This document shows positions 28,950 to 39,532 of a DNA stretch of 64,000 bases, piece by piece. The stretch's first letter is position 1, and every line of letters starts with the position of its first letter. The notes beneath the pieces were generated by a model. That model saw only the letters and a program-made list of their open reading frames with translations. It made no database searches and was not told where the DNA came from. The DNA is from an uncultured Nitrospinaceae bacterium. GTDB lineage: Bacteria; UBA8248. The stretch spans positions 64,001-128,000 of the forward strand of contig CAXFSR010000017.1 in NCBI GenBank assembly GCA_964005815.1, read 5' to 3'. The position numbers were made by a program, and so were the translations under genes.

Positions 28950-30236
28950 ATGATTTTCAAAGTATCCCCTGGAAATGCTAATGGCTCTACTAATATTCCA
29001 GCTTCGAAATCCCATTCTATAAGAGCAATTGCTTTCGCCTCATTATCCGAAGGCGAAAGTATAATTTCCAATTTACTAGACTCTAATGACAGTAATTCTG
29101 CCTTGAAAGTGTACCAATCATTCGGAGCTAAAATTTCTAAAGATAAAGAAAACATAAAAATACAAGGTTTCAACGGAAAGCCAAAAGTTCCAAATAGTCT
29201 TATAAATGTCGGGAACTCTGGGACTACATGTAGAATAGCTTTGGGAACTGCAGCTTTACTTGATAATCAATATGCAGATTTTGATGGAGATTCACAAACA
29301 AGGAATCGACCAATGGGACCACTCTTGTACGCACTAAAAAATTTAGGGGCAAATATCAAAAATGAAACCCAAAGCGGGAATCTACCCATAAGTATCGGAG
29401 GTCCTTGGACTGGGGGTTCAACAAAAGTTGATGGAATTACGAGTCAATTCACAACTAGTCTTCTAATTAATGCTCCTTTTGGATTGGATAATACTTATAT
29501 TGAACCATTTAATCTGAATGAAAAACCATATGTTGAGATGACTTTATGGTGGTTAGATAAATTAGGATTAAATTTTTCTCATGACAATTTAGACAAATTT
29601 AAAATCCCTGGGGGACAAACTCTAAAAAGTTTTGAAATTAGTGTACCAGCAGATTTCAGTTCTGCAGCCTTTTTGGCCGCTGCTGGAGCATTACCAGGTG
29701 GAAATGTCAGACTTAGTGGTTTAGACTTTACTGATCCTCAAGGAGATAAAAATTTCTTCGAAATATTAGATTCGATGGGAGCAAAGATAATGAATCATGA
29801 TGATGGTTCTATTCAAGTAACAGGAAATAAACTTTTGGGTGGGGAATTTGACCTAAATGATACCCCCGATCTTCTTCCAATACTCTCAATTTTAGGAGCC
29901 TTCGCAGAGGGAGAAACAAGAATAGTTAATGTGCCTCAGGCAAGAATAAAAGAAACAGATAGAATCTCCTCTATGAGGACTGTAATAGAAGACTTAGGCG
30001 GAAGAGCAAAAGAAAGTGAAGACGGTCTCACTATTTACGGCGAGGGACTTTCAGGAGGAAAAACCACAGGATTTAGTGATCATAGAATAGTTATGTCTTG
30101 TGCAATAGCAGGTATAGCTTCCAAAAATCCTGTAGAAGTCGATACTGCAGAAGCAGTCTCAATTACTTTTCCAAACTTTACTGACAAAATGCAAGATATA
30201 AACGTTTCTATTCAAACTCAAAACAAGTGGGATTAA
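28950..30236 (+). CDS. aroA: 3-phosphoshikimate 1-carboxyvinyltransferase (EPSP synthase)
   Basis: SKSHSIR, GNSGTT.R, RPMGPL, TSQF, DFSSAAF, RIKETDR, DHRIVM. Confidence 0.95.
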   Translation: MIFKVSPGNANGSTNIPASKSHSIRAIAFASLSEGESIISNLLDSNDSNSALKVYQSFGAKISKDKENIKIQGFNGKPKVPNSLINVGNSGTTCRIALGTAALLDNQYADFDGDSQTRNRPMGPLLYALKNLGANIKNETQSGNLPISIGGPWTGGSTKVDGITSQFTTSLLINAPFGLDNTYIEPFNLNEKPYVEMTLWWLDKLGLNFSHDNLDKFKIPGGQTLKSFEISVPADFSSAAFLAAAGALPGGNVRLSGLDFTDPQGDKNFFEILDSMGAKIMNHDDGSIQVTGNKLLGGEFDLNDTPDLLPILSILGAFAEGETRIVNVPQARIKETDRISSMRTVIEDLGGRAKESEDGLTIYGEGLSGGKTTGFSDHRIVMSCAIAGIASKNPVEVDTAEAVSITFPNFTDKMQDINVSIQTQNKWD

Positions 30237-30244
30237 TTTAAAAA

Positions 30245-30577
30245 ATGCCTATTTACGAGTATAAATGCAAAAATTGCGATTTCATTTCAGGCCATCTGAT
30301 TTTAAAACCTTCTGACAGAAAGAAGATTCTTTGCAGGAATTGTAATGGGAGTAAATTACGTAAAATAGTCTCTAGATTTGCGACCCACAAAACTGAATCT
30401 CAACGAGTGGCTGAATTTGATCCTACTAAAAAAACTGACGACTCTTTCTATAAAGATGATCGAAATATAGGTCTTTGGGCACAAAAAAGAATGCAGCAAT
30501 TAGGAATGGATACAGGTGATTCTTTTAAAGAAACTTTAGAGAAAGGACGTTCGAAAAAAATATTAGATAACTTGTAA
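30245..30577 (+). CDS. FmdB-family zinc-ribbon protein
   Basis: MPIYEYKCKNC...CRNC..KLRKIVSRF. Confidence 0.85.
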   Translation: MPIYEYKCKNCDFISGHLILKPSDRKKILCRNCNGSKLRKIVSRFATHKTESQRVAEFDPTKKTDDSFYKDDRNIGLWAQKRMQQLGMDTGDSFKETLEKGRSKKILDNL

Positions 30578-30601
30578 AAGTTTATTGCATTCGCAAAATT
30601 T

Positions 30602-31087
30602 TCAGAATCCAAATGAAGAAAACAAATCATAAATATGACTTTTTATTTTCTTTAAAAATGGAAAAAACATCGTATTACTTTTTACCATAAATTTAAAATC
30701 TAACGTATTACTATTTGATAAAAATGGGAAAATTAGGAAGAAAAAAATATATCCTTTCACAGTACATACGATTCCTCCTAAAAATCGACTAAAACATCCC
30801 TTAATCTTCAAATTGATGAATTTGAAAATCGCAAATAAAATTAAGGATTGTAAGAACCAAAGAAAAATAAAAAGTGTCCATCCTAAGGCAGTTGTTCCAA
30901 AACCATAAGTTCTAAATAATGAGTTTAGTGAAGGAAAATAAACTTGCGTAGAAGTTCCTAAATAGAAAGCTAGAATCATTATACCTAATGAAAGCAACTC
31001 CTTTATTGTACCCTTTAGGGAACCCCTTAAAAAAAGAAGGAAAATAACGACAACAAACAATAAATCTAAAAAGGGAAAAGATTGCAT
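30602..31087 (-). CDS. cvpA: CvpA (colicin V production) family membrane protein
   Basis: LDL...RG..KG.IKELLSL and SRFLGG...KG pattern; four TM segments. Confidence 0.72.
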   Translation of the reverse strand: MQSFPFLDLLFVVVIFLLFLRGSLKGTIKELLSLGIMILAFYLGTSTQVYFPSLNSLFRTYGFGTTALGWTLFIFLWFLQSLILFAIFKFINLKIKGCFSRFLGGIVCTVKGYIFFFLIFPFLSNSNTLDFKFMVKSNTMFFPFLKKIKSHIYDLFSSFGF

Positions 31088-31112
31088 ATTTCTCCTACCT
31101 CGAAAATTGATT

Positions 31113-31664
31113 TCATAAGTTCTGGAGCCACATTATTAATGCATCCTCTTTTTTTCCATTATCAACATAATAATCTTTTCGCATTGCTATAACTGAAAAC
31201 CCAAATTTCTCATAAAGTCCAATTGCGGGTTTATTTCCTATTCGAACCTCCAGAGTTGCTCTCTGAGCACCAATTTGATTAGCCTCTTCTAATATTTTTT
31301 CCAGAAAAAAACTCCCCAAACCATTCCTTTGAAATTTTTGTGAAATCGCAAAGTTTAAAATATAGCACTCATCTACAATCATTTGCCAAAAAGAATAGCC
31401 ATGAATTATAGAACTCTTATCTCCACCATCAATAACGGTAGAATGATGTACTTCACTTTCTAAACCAAAATAAAACAAATCAGCAAGAATTTTTTCTGAC
31501 CATGGAAATGGATACACTTCTCGTTCAATATTTAGAACACTCGCAATATCTCTTTGTTTCATATCTCTTACTATCAGATCAGAAATATCATAGTTTTTTT
31601 GATTAAAATTCAATGTTTTACCTCGAAAAAGTAATACATTTAACGCCAAAAGATTATCTTGCAA
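31113..31664 (-). CDS. rimI: Ribosomal protein S18-alanine N-acetyltransferase
   Basis: IE..YPFPWS, ILNFAI, QRNGLG, TLEVRIGN..AIGLYEKFGF, RKDYY, EDALIM; start uncertain. Confidence 0.88.
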   Translation of the reverse strand: MQDNLLALNVLLFRGKTLNFNQKNYDISDLIVRDMKQRDIASVLNIEREVYPFPWSEKILADLFYFGLESEVHHSTVIDGGDKSSIIHGYSFWQMIVDECYILNFAISQKFQRNGLGSFFLEKILEEANQIGAQRATLEVRIGNKPAIGLYEKFGFSVIAMRKDYYVDNGKKEDALIMWLQNL

Positions 31665-31769
31665 ACATCGACTTACGATTACAATAATATTAATATGAGT
31701 TAAAATCAGTAATAATTATTTAGACATCTAATGTATCAAATCATGAACTTAACGTAGGAGATACTAATA

Positions 31770-32471
31770 ATGAGTGCAAAAATTACTTTTCTTGGACAGT
31801 CTACATTTTTAGGAGAGAGTGACAAAGGGAAAAAGTTTTATATTGACCCTTGGCTTGCAGGTAATCCGAGGTGTCCTGAAGAATATAAAACACCAGAAAA
31901 TGTTGATTTCATATTGCTGACTCATGGTCATGCTGATCATGTTTCAGATGTAGTCAATGTTTTCAATACAAGTAATTGTAATGTTGCTGGACCTTATGAA
32001 CTAGTAAATTTACTGTCCGATGAAGGAAATTTTGGAGATAAAGCAGTTCCAATGGGAAAAGGAGGAAGCATTGATTTAGATGGTTTGGAAGTGACACTCA
32101 CTCACGCTATGCACAGTTCCAGTTACAATGGGCAATATTCTGGAGAACCTTGCGGAATAATTTTGAAATTTGAAAACGGAAAAACCCTTTACCATGCTGG
32201 AGATACAAATGTTTTTGGAGATATGAATATAATTTCTGAACTCTATTCTCCGGATATTTGCCTACTCCCTATCGGCAGTAGATTTACAATGGACGGAAAA
32301 GAAGCAGCACTTGCAACGGAACTTCTTTGTGCAAAAAAAGTAGTTCCAATACATTTTGGAACCTTTCCTTTGCTTACAGGAACAGCCGAACATTACGAAG
32401 AAGAAGTCAGGAAAAGAGGGTTATCTACAGAAATAAACGTTTTAGAACCAGGAGAATCAATAGAAATTTAA
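31770..32471 (+). CDS. UPF0173 MBL-fold metal-dependent hydrolase
   Basis: IDPWL.GNP, LTHGHADH, AMHSSS, YHAGDT, LPIG..FTM, PIHFGTFP. Confidence 0.88.
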   Translation: MSAKITFLGQSTFLGESDKGKKFYIDPWLAGNPRCPEEYKTPENVDFILLTHGHADHVSDVVNVFNTSNCNVAGPYELVNLLSDEGNFGDKAVPMGKGGSIDLDGLEVTLTHAMHSSSYNGQYSGEPCGIILKFENGKTLYHAGDTNVFGDMNIISELYSPDICLLPIGSRFTMDGKEAALATELLCAKKVVPIHFGTFPLLTGTAEHYEEEVRKRGLSTEINVLEPGESIEI

Positions 32472-33790
32472 AACCTATCTAAAAAATTAGATTTTGACCA
32501 ATTCTGTTTCGAAACGGTATTCCTGAATTTCTCCACTGGACTTCCTTCGCTCGAAACAAGTTTTTGCATTATTTTTTTACTATTTTCAACTGCTGGTTGG
32601 TCAAAAGGATTGACTCCTCGAAGAATTCCACTATAGACAACTGTCCATTGCCAAAGAGAAATCATACTTGTCACATCAGAACAAGAAAGATTTTCTAACG
32701 ACAAAATCATATGAGGACATTCAAACCTTTCTGTTTCGGCAAGCAAAACACTGTGTTCAAGATCGATAAAATCATTGCAACTAAATCTATCAGACAAAGA
32801 AATATTATTGTTAGAGTTCTCTAAACGAATACTTAAACCCAACATATTTTTTCTGCCATCAAAAAAACGTTGATTAGTATGATGATGACTCTCTGGAGCA
32901 TCAGAATATATCACAGTTTGCCCCATCCCTTTTTTACAATAACTTTCATGGACTAATTGAATTATGAGTTCTCCTAAACCACGAAAACACTTGCCATATC
33001 CGAAAATAAAAAGTTCAGTAAATCCTAAAATTTCAAAAATGTATAGTCTTAAGGAAAGAGCTTTGGCAAGATTTAAATCTAATATTACATCTGGCAAAAA
33101 TTGTTTATGAGCATCCTCGAATGATTTATCCAATTCAACTATTTCATCAATTTGATCTAAAATAAGAGCAATTGGCAAAAGAGAATTATTCTGTCCAGCC
33201 GAGAAACGACCTCCAACTTGATCTGCATGTGGAAGAACCGAGAGAGAATTTCTATTTGCAAAATCTGACAAACTACTATCTGTGCTATCAGTTACAACTA
33301 AAAATTGATATCCTTTCTCAAATAAGACTTCGGATGCTTTTACCACATTAATAGTGTCACCTGATTTACTAATTGGTATAATCAAAGTATTTGAAGGAGA
33401 AAAACCAGCACTTTCTGATATCAAATCACCAAATACACCGTTTCCTTCAAGAGAATCAATAAAAAATAATCTTTTAGATGAAATATTTCTGAAAAGAGCA
33501 TCATAAAAGGCAATCGTATTACGTATTGAACCTCCATTACCAATAACTACTATATTCTTTTTATTCGAATAAAATGGCAAAAAGTCAGAAATTTTTTGGA
33601 TATCTGGTCTAACTACTGAAAAATGTGGTTCAGGAATCCCGTTGTTATAGAACGAAATTGCATCTCTACATTTCAATGAGTCTTGAAGAATTGCTTTCGC
33701 TTCATTAATTGCGTTTTTTTGCAAAGGCGATGCAGATTTTAGAATCTTATCGTATATTTTCTCTGAACCTGCATAAAAAATTACACTCAT
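32468..33790 (-). CDS. pgi: Glucose-6-phosphate isomerase (divergent)
   Basis: IGNGGS, ISKSGDT, VGGRFS, QLVHES, NPFDQPAVENSK; ATG 33790 preferred as start. Confidence 0.78.
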   Translation of the reverse strand: MSVIFYAGSEKIYDKILKSASPLQKNAINEAKAILQDSLKCRDAISFYNNGIPEPHFSVVRPDIQKISDFLPFYSNKKNIVVIGNGGSIRNTIAFYDALFRNISSKRLFFIDSLEGNGVFGDLISESAGFSPSNTLIIPISKSGDTINVVKASEVLFEKGYQFLVVTDSTDSSLSDFANRNSLSVLPHADQVGGRFSAGQNNSLLPIALILDQIDEIVELDKSFEDAHKQFLPDVILDLNLAKALSLRLYIFEILGFTELFIFGYGKCFRGLGELIIQLVHESYCKKGMGQTVIYSDAPESHHHTNQRFFDGRKNMLGLSIRLENSNNNISLSDRFSCNDFIDLEHSVLLAETERFECPHMILSLENLSCSDVTSMISLWQWTVVYSGILRGVNPFDQPAVENSKKIMQKLVSSEGSPVEKFRNTVSKQNWSKSNFLDRF

Positions 33791-33914
33791 ATCAAGACCT
33801 ATAGAAGTAGAGAAAAAAATAATTGCCAAAAAAAGTTAATTGTGAACTCTAACATAAAATAAAACTCTTGACCGAAATAGATAATTATAATTTAATACTT
33901 TTCAATGTTTCCCT

Positions 33915-33942
33915 GAAAGAGGGCCCGACAAGGCCCTCTTTC
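33915..33942. promoter_or_regulatory. Perfect 11-bp GC-rich hairpin in a divergent intergenic region, function unknown
   Basis: GAAAGAGGGCC-CGACAA-GGCCCTCTTTC. Confidence 0.5.
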
Positions 33943-34046
33943 CTAATTAACTATAATTCGCCATAGAGAATATTTGAGAAATAGGTTAGATTCTCTTTCT
34001 TTTTTTGTTATTTAATGAATAACATCATACGAGAAGGAATTTTATA

Positions 34047-34466
34047 TTGAATTCTTTAACTTTTATTTATGTAGGACTTACTGTTTTATTTTTTGGAATT
34101 TGGGGAACGTTTATGAAAATTGGACAAGAACGTTTAGGCTCAATGAATCATTTGATACTTATGGGAATTACTTTACTACCCATCACTCTTGTTGGAGTAC
34201 TGTTATTTCGTTCGTCTTTTCCAACTTTAAGTTCTGCATATATTTTTCCAATTTGCGCTGCTATTTCTACTGCACTAGGAATGTATTTTTTAACTTCTGC
34301 GATATCTCACTCAGAAAATAATATAACTGCTGTTATTGCTTTATCTGCACTATATCCTGGAGTAACTGCTTTTCTTGCATTTTTATTCCTGAATGAAACT
34401 TTAACTTTGCAAAAAATTGCAGGTCTCATTTTAGCAATTATTGCCGCGATTCTTTTTGCTTTTTAA
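34047..34466 (+). CDS. Single-domain EamA/DMT family membrane protein
   Basis: FGIWG..MK, VIALSALYPGVT..LA..FLNETLT..KIAG; AAGGA RBS then TTG. Confidence 0.8.
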   Translation: MNSLTFIYVGLTVLFFGIWGTFMKIGQERLGSMNHLILMGITLLPITLVGVLLFRSSFPTLSSAYIFPICAAISTALGMYFLTSAISHSENNITAVIALSALYPGVTAFLAFLFLNETLTLQKIAGLILAIIAAILFAF

Positions 34467-34476
34467 GAAAAATATT

Positions 34477-36633
34477 ATGACTGAAAATAATCGAAAATTA
34501 AGAATTGGAATTGATACAGGTGGTACTTTTACCGATATCGTCGGTGTTAAAACAGATACGGGTGAAATTATCAGCACTAAAACGCCCACGACAACATCCG
34601 ATCCTAGTTTAGGGTTGATGAAAGGTATCGATAAAATACTTAAAGAAACAAAAATGCGTGACCGCGATATATCCGGTATCTACCATGGGACTACGGTTGC
34701 GACAAACGCAATTCTAGAAGAGAAATTTGACAACCTTGGACTTATCATCACATCTGGATTTAGACATCTGCTTGAAATAGGTCTCGTTACACAAAAAGAG
34801 CATTTTATAGATTCCACGAACTTTACCTCTAGATTAATTCAAGAACCATTAAGAGCATTAGTTCCGCCAGAAAGAATACTTGAAGTTAACGAAAGAATCT
34901 CTTCTACTGGAAAGATCTTAAATCCAGTTTTAAAAAAAGAAATATCTATTTTACCGAAAAAATTCAGGGAATTAGGTGTTTTTTCAGTAGGGGTTTGTCT
35001 TCTTCACTCTTATGCAAATTCTATTCATGAAAAGTTAATAAGAGATCTTTTTGAAAAAGAGTTCCCTGAATGCGAATTGAGTATTTCTTCATTGGTATCT
35101 CCGGAACCCGGAGAATATGACAGGGCAATTACAACTCTATTAGATTCTTTCATTAAACCACATGTAAAAAGCTATCTAGGTAAAAGTTCGTCGAAAATAG
35201 AGGATAAATACAAAAACATTCCTTTCCTCATAATGAAAAGCAACGGTGGAGTTGCATCAAATGAAGAAATTTCTAAGAAACCCATATCGACAGTTTTATC
35301 AGGACCTGCTGCAGGAGCATTATCTGCTTCTTATCTAGGAAGAATCTCAGGTATAGACAAGCTAATAACTCTTGATGGTGGAGGAACTTCTACTGATATT
35401 GCAATTATAGAGGAAGGTGAAGCAAAGAGGTCTGCCAATCATAAAATCGGTAGTTTTTCTCTTAAAATTCCGATGATAGATATTACAACTATAGGGACAG
35501 GAGGTGGCTCAATTGCCTGGATGAATTCTGAAAAAAGGTTGAAAGTGGGACCTCAAAGTGCTGGTGCTAATCCCGGACCTGTTTGTTATGGACAAGGAGG
35601 TGAAAATCCTACTGTTACGGACGCAAATTTGGTTTTAGCTAGAAGCCCACTCCATTTAGCAGGGGGAGAAATAAAATTAAACAAAGCTCTAGCTATGAAA
35701 GCAATGAGAAACCTCGCTAAACATTTTAAAATTGACCCTATGGAAATGGCTGCTGGTGTAGTAGAAATTACCGCATGGAATCAAGTACATGCAATCAGAC
35801 AAACAACAGTAAAAAAAGGATTATCCCCTCAAGATTTCTCTCTTATGGCATTCGGAGGTTCAGGGCCATTGACAGCTGGACTTGTTGCAGAATTTTTAGG
35901 GATTGAAAATGTAATTGTTCCTCCTTTTGCTGGAATGACTAGTGCATTCGGTCTTGAAGTAGTAGATTTGATGAACGAGCATATTTATCGTTACAAGAAA
36001 AAAGAAGATGACTTGGACATCCAAGAATTAAATTCAATTTTTGAGAACCTAGATACTCAAGCAACACATACTCTTTCAAAAGAAAACATACCTGAGTCTC
36101 GCCAACTCTTAAAACGAAACATAAGATTACAATATGAAAACGAATCAAATGAGATTGATATTGAGGTCCCGTCTGGGTTCATTTCGAATATCTCAATAAG
36201 AGAGGTCTTGCAAAAATTTCATTTCTACTATCAAAAGCAGTTCAATAAAAATTTCAAAGATCAAAGACAAGTAGAAATTACAAATTTGAATATTGTAAGT
36301 TACGGTCTTACCCAACCACCAAATCTGCCATTGATTCCATCTGGAGACGAATCTGCAGAGGAGGCATATAAGGGTGCAAGGTTGGTGTGGTTTCCTGAAA
36401 AAAACGGCTTTGTTGATACACCTATTTACTATCGTGAACGATTACTTGAAGGAAATTTCATACCTGGACCCGCTGTTATAGAAAGTTTTGGGAGTACTAC
36501 AGTCGTTTTTCCGAAACAGGAAGCTAGAGTTGATAGGTTCGGCAATTTATTACTAGTTTCTAAGACTGATTTAACAAAACAAAATAAAAGAGCTGGAAGA
36601 GCAACTGGTCTTCACGGTGTAGGAGCAGCCTAA
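34477..36633 (+). CDS. Hydantoinase/oxoprolinase A (ATP-binding) subunit
   Basis: IGIDTGGTFTD, HGTTVATNA, SGPAAG, DGGGTSTD, IGTGGGSI, GPQSAGANPGP.CY, AFGGSGP; start moved to ATG 34477. Confidence 0.92.
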   Translation: MTENNRKLRIGIDTGGTFTDIVGVKTDTGEIISTKTPTTTSDPSLGLMKGIDKILKETKMRDRDISGIYHGTTVATNAILEEKFDNLGLIITSGFRHLLEIGLVTQKEHFIDSTNFTSRLIQEPLRALVPPERILEVNERISSTGKILNPVLKKEISILPKKFRELGVFSVGVCLLHSYANSIHEKLIRDLFEKEFPECELSISSLVSPEPGEYDRAITTLLDSFIKPHVKSYLGKSSSKIEDKYKNIPFLIMKSNGGVASNEEISKKPISTVLSGPAAGALSASYLGRISGIDKLITLDGGGTSTDIAIIEEGEAKRSANHKIGSFSLKIPMIDITTIGTGGGSIAWMNSEKRLKVGPQSAGANPGPVCYGQGGENPTVTDANLVLARSPLHLAGGEIKLNKALAMKAMRNLAKHFKIDPMEMAAGVVEITAWNQVHAIRQTTVKKGLSPQDFSLMAFGGSGPLTAGLVAEFLGIENVIVPPFAGMTSAFGLEVVDLMNEHIYRYKKKEDDLDIQELNSIFENLDTQATHTLSKENIPESRQLLKRNIRLQYENESNEIDIEVPSGFISNISIREVLQKFHFYYQKQFNKNFKDQRQVEITNLNIVSYGLTQPPNLPLIPSGDESAEEAYKGARLVWFPEKNGFVDTPIYYRERLLEGNFIPGPAVIESFGSTTVVFPKQEARVDRFGNLLLVSKTDLTKQNKRAGRATGLHGVGAA

Positions 36634-38382
36634 ATGAACGCCAATCCAATCGTAAGTGAAATACTTTCTGGGGCAATTCTTTCCATTGAAATGGAATTAG
36701 AAGAATTTTTAGCCAGATCATGGAGGTGCGATTCCTTGAGAGATGGCAATAATTTTTCAGTAAAATTTTATGACAAATTCGGCAGATCTCTAACTTCAAA
36801 AATGCTAGGGACTGGCATAGATTCCATTCTTACTAAATTTTGTACTAAAGAAATAAATTCTGGAGACGCATTTATACAGAATGACTCATTTCTATCACTA
36901 AATGGTATCGGTGATTCATCTGAAATATGCATTACTCAACCACTTTTTGCAGAAAAAGAATTAATCTCTTTCTTACAAGTTCGAGCACAACATGATGATT
37001 TAGGAGGTATCAATTTTGGAGGAACATCCACTCACTCCGAGGATAATTTTCATGAAGGAATCATTATTGAACCAATTAAAATAAAAGAAGGTCAAAAACT
37101 AAAAGAAGAAATTTTTAATCTTATAGTACAAAATAGTAGGCAACCCGACATTCTTAAAGATGACTTACATTTAAAGATTTCTGTACTAAATTTAGGTGCT
37201 CAGCAACTTAAAGAACTCATAAAAAGATACGGAAAAGACGAACTAAAAGCATGTTTCTCAGATCTTTTAAGAGAATCTAAAGATGCTTTTGGAAATTTAA
37301 TAGGAAAAAACATTAAAGACGGTAAATGGAAAGTCAAAAAAACAATTGCTCCTAATCATTTTGGAAGTAAAAATCATGTGAGCCTAACTCTATTAAAAAA
37401 AGGCAAGGAACTTAGCCTGAACTTTACTGGAAGTTCTGATCAGTCTGAAAGACCAATCAACTGTCCCCTCCATGGGAACGGGGTGAAGTTTATTTCAAGA
37501 CTTTTAACACCTTTTTTGCTTCAATTAGAAAATGATACTGAGCAAAGGAATAACATAAGAGTAAATGACGGAGCTTGTAAAAGCTTGGAAATAATTCTTC
37601 CAGAAACTAGGACATTAGTTACCCCTGATTTTCCTGCTCCTATAGGTCTTCGTCTCATAACTATCAGCAGTATCATTTCAGGTTTTAATGAACTTTTGTT
37701 TAAGGCTAGTTCTGGAAAGACTCGGGTTGGATTTGAAAATTTAAACACTCTCAGTTTTTTTAGTGAGAACAAAAAAAATAGAACCACACTTTTTCGTGAG
37801 TCTATTGGTTCAGGATCGGGTGCCTCTTTTAATAGTGATGGAATGTCTTCAGTACTACCTATTTCTGGAACTGGTAGAATTCCAGTTGAAATTGCTGAAA
37901 GTCGTTATCCTTTACAAATTATTCGAGAGGAACTAACGGTAGATTCAGCAGGTCATGGAAAATTCAGGGGAGGATTAGGGGTCACTAAGGAGTACCTGTT
38001 AAAAGATGATTCTTTAATTTCAATAGCCCGAAACGATGATGAGACATCTGTCCTAGGAAAACTTGGGGGGCATAGTGGTTCTCAATCAAAACAATCAATT
38101 TGCAACAAAGGATCAAATAAGCGTTCTCTTCCATCAATAATCTCTTCTGAAAAAATTGCTATAGGCGAACGTTTGACAATTCAAGCACCTGGAGGTGGAG
38201 GATTTGGGAATCCTCTTCGCAGAAATATTCAGTTAGTGAAAGAAGATGTTTTAAGAGGTTATATTTCTCGTTCTATAGCCATGAAGACTTATGGAATAAT
38301 TTTCAAGAATAACAAAAATTTAGAAATAGATGAAAAACTTACGAAAAAAGAAAGAGACCAACAAAGTAAAAAGAAAAAATAA
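36634..38382 (+). CDS. Hydantoinase B/oxoprolinase subunit (degenerate metal site)
   Basis: HDDLGG, FHEG, PVE..ESRYP, DSAGHGKFRGGLG, PGGGGFGNP, DV.RGYIS; abuts subunit A. Confidence 0.85.
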   Translation: MNANPIVSEILSGAILSIEMELEEFLARSWRCDSLRDGNNFSVKFYDKFGRSLTSKMLGTGIDSILTKFCTKEINSGDAFIQNDSFLSLNGIGDSSEICITQPLFAEKELISFLQVRAQHDDLGGINFGGTSTHSEDNFHEGIIIEPIKIKEGQKLKEEIFNLIVQNSRQPDILKDDLHLKISVLNLGAQQLKELIKRYGKDELKACFSDLLRESKDAFGNLIGKNIKDGKWKVKKTIAPNHFGSKNHVSLTLLKKGKELSLNFTGSSDQSERPINCPLHGNGVKFISRLLTPFLLQLENDTEQRNNIRVNDGACKSLEIILPETRTLVTPDFPAPIGLRLITISSIISGFNELLFKASSGKTRVGFENLNTLSFFSENKKNRTTLFRESIGSGSGASFNSDGMSSVLPISGTGRIPVEIAESRYPLQIIREELTVDSAGHGKFRGGLGVTKEYLLKDDSLISIARNDDETSVLGKLGGHSGSQSKQSICNKGSNKRSLPSIISSEKIAIGERLTIQAPGGGGFGNPLRRNIQLVKEDVLRGYISRSIAMKTYGIIFKNNKNLEIDEKLTKKERDQQSKKKK

Positions 38383-38500
38383 TGCGTTTTTACTTAAGAA
38401 ATCCTTTTGAGTAATTGTATTTGCTTTTTGTTTAATGTATTTTTTATTTTTCCGCTTTACTAGTTATTTTCAAATTGAAATAAAAGGGGGATTCATTGAT

Positions 38501-39505
38501 ATGTCAATTAGGGTCGGTATAAACGGTTTCGGGAGGATAGGACGTAATTTATTAAGAGCTGCAATAAATGACAAAAATATCGAAATTGTTGCAGTTAATG
38601 ATTTAACAGATCCTAAAACTCTTTCTCATTTACTTAGATTTGACTCAATTCATGGTCGCTTTGATGGAATCGTCGAATCTGATGAAGATTCTATTATTGT
38701 AAATGGGAAGAAAATAAAAGTCCTCTCCACGAGGAATCCTGCAGATCTTCCATGGGAAGACTTAGGCGTAGAAATTGCCGTAGAGAGTACAGGAATTTTC
38801 ACAAAAAGAGAGGATTCTGGAAAACATATTGAAGCTGGCGCAAAAAAAGTAATCATATCTGCACCTGCTTCTGGGGAAGACATAACAGTTGTTCTTGGTG
38901 TAAATGACGACAAATACAACCATGACGAACATCACATAATCTCCAATGCAAGTTGTACAACAAATTGCCTTGCTCCAGTGGCAAAAGTTCTACATGAAAA
39001 ATTCAAAATACATCATGGATTAATGACAACTACCCATGCGTACACAAATGATCAAAAGATTTTAGATTTACCACATAGTGATCTACGTCGCGCAAGAGCG
39101 GCTGCAGTAAGTATGATTCCAACATCTACTGGCGCTGCTAAAGCTGTAGGGTTAGTTTTACCAGAGTTAAACGGCAAGCTAGACGGAATGGCTATCAGGG
39201 TACCCACTCAAGATGTTTCAGTTGTTGATCTTGTAGCAGAACTTGGAGAAGAAGTAACAGCAGAAGAAGTTAATGACACACTAAAAGAGGCTGCCGAAGG
39301 AAAAATGAAGGGCATTCTTGATTATACTGATGAACCCCTTGTTTCAATTGATTTCCTTGGCTCATCAGCATCATCCACAATTGATGGATTATCAACCAAG
39401 GTTTTAGATAATAAAATGGTTAAAATTATTTCTTGGTACGATAATGAATGGGGATTCTCATGCCGTATGGTAGACCTTATTAATAAGATTGGTGCAAATT
39501 TATAA
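38501..39505 (+). CDS. gap: Type I glyceraldehyde-3-phosphate dehydrogenase
   Basis: [29 protein letters not shown]; start moved to ATG 38501 behind AGGGGG. Confidence 0.97.
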   Translation: MSIRVGINGFGRIGRNLLRAAINDKNIEIVAVNDLTDPKTLSHLLRFDSIHGRFDGIVESDEDSIIVNGKKIKVLSTRNPADLPWEDLGVEIAVESTGIFTKREDSGKHIEAGAKKVIISAPASGEDITVVLGVNDDKYNHDEHHIISNASCTTNCLAPVAKVLHEKFKIHHGLMTTTHAYTNDQKILDLPHSDLRRARAAAVSMIPTSTGAAKAVGLVLPELNGKLDGMAIRVPTQDVSVVDLVAELGEEVTAEEVNDTLKEAAEGKMKGILDYTDEPLVSIDFLGSSASSTIDGLSTKVLDNKMVKIISWYDNEWGFSCRMVDLINKIGANL

Positions 39506-39532
39506 AAGTCAATGACCTTTAGAGGATAAAGA

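Noticed and set aside
33950..33975. TTCGCCATA resembling part of a fluoride riboswitch
   Set aside because: Lacks the 5' GGCGATGG segment and pseudoknot partner
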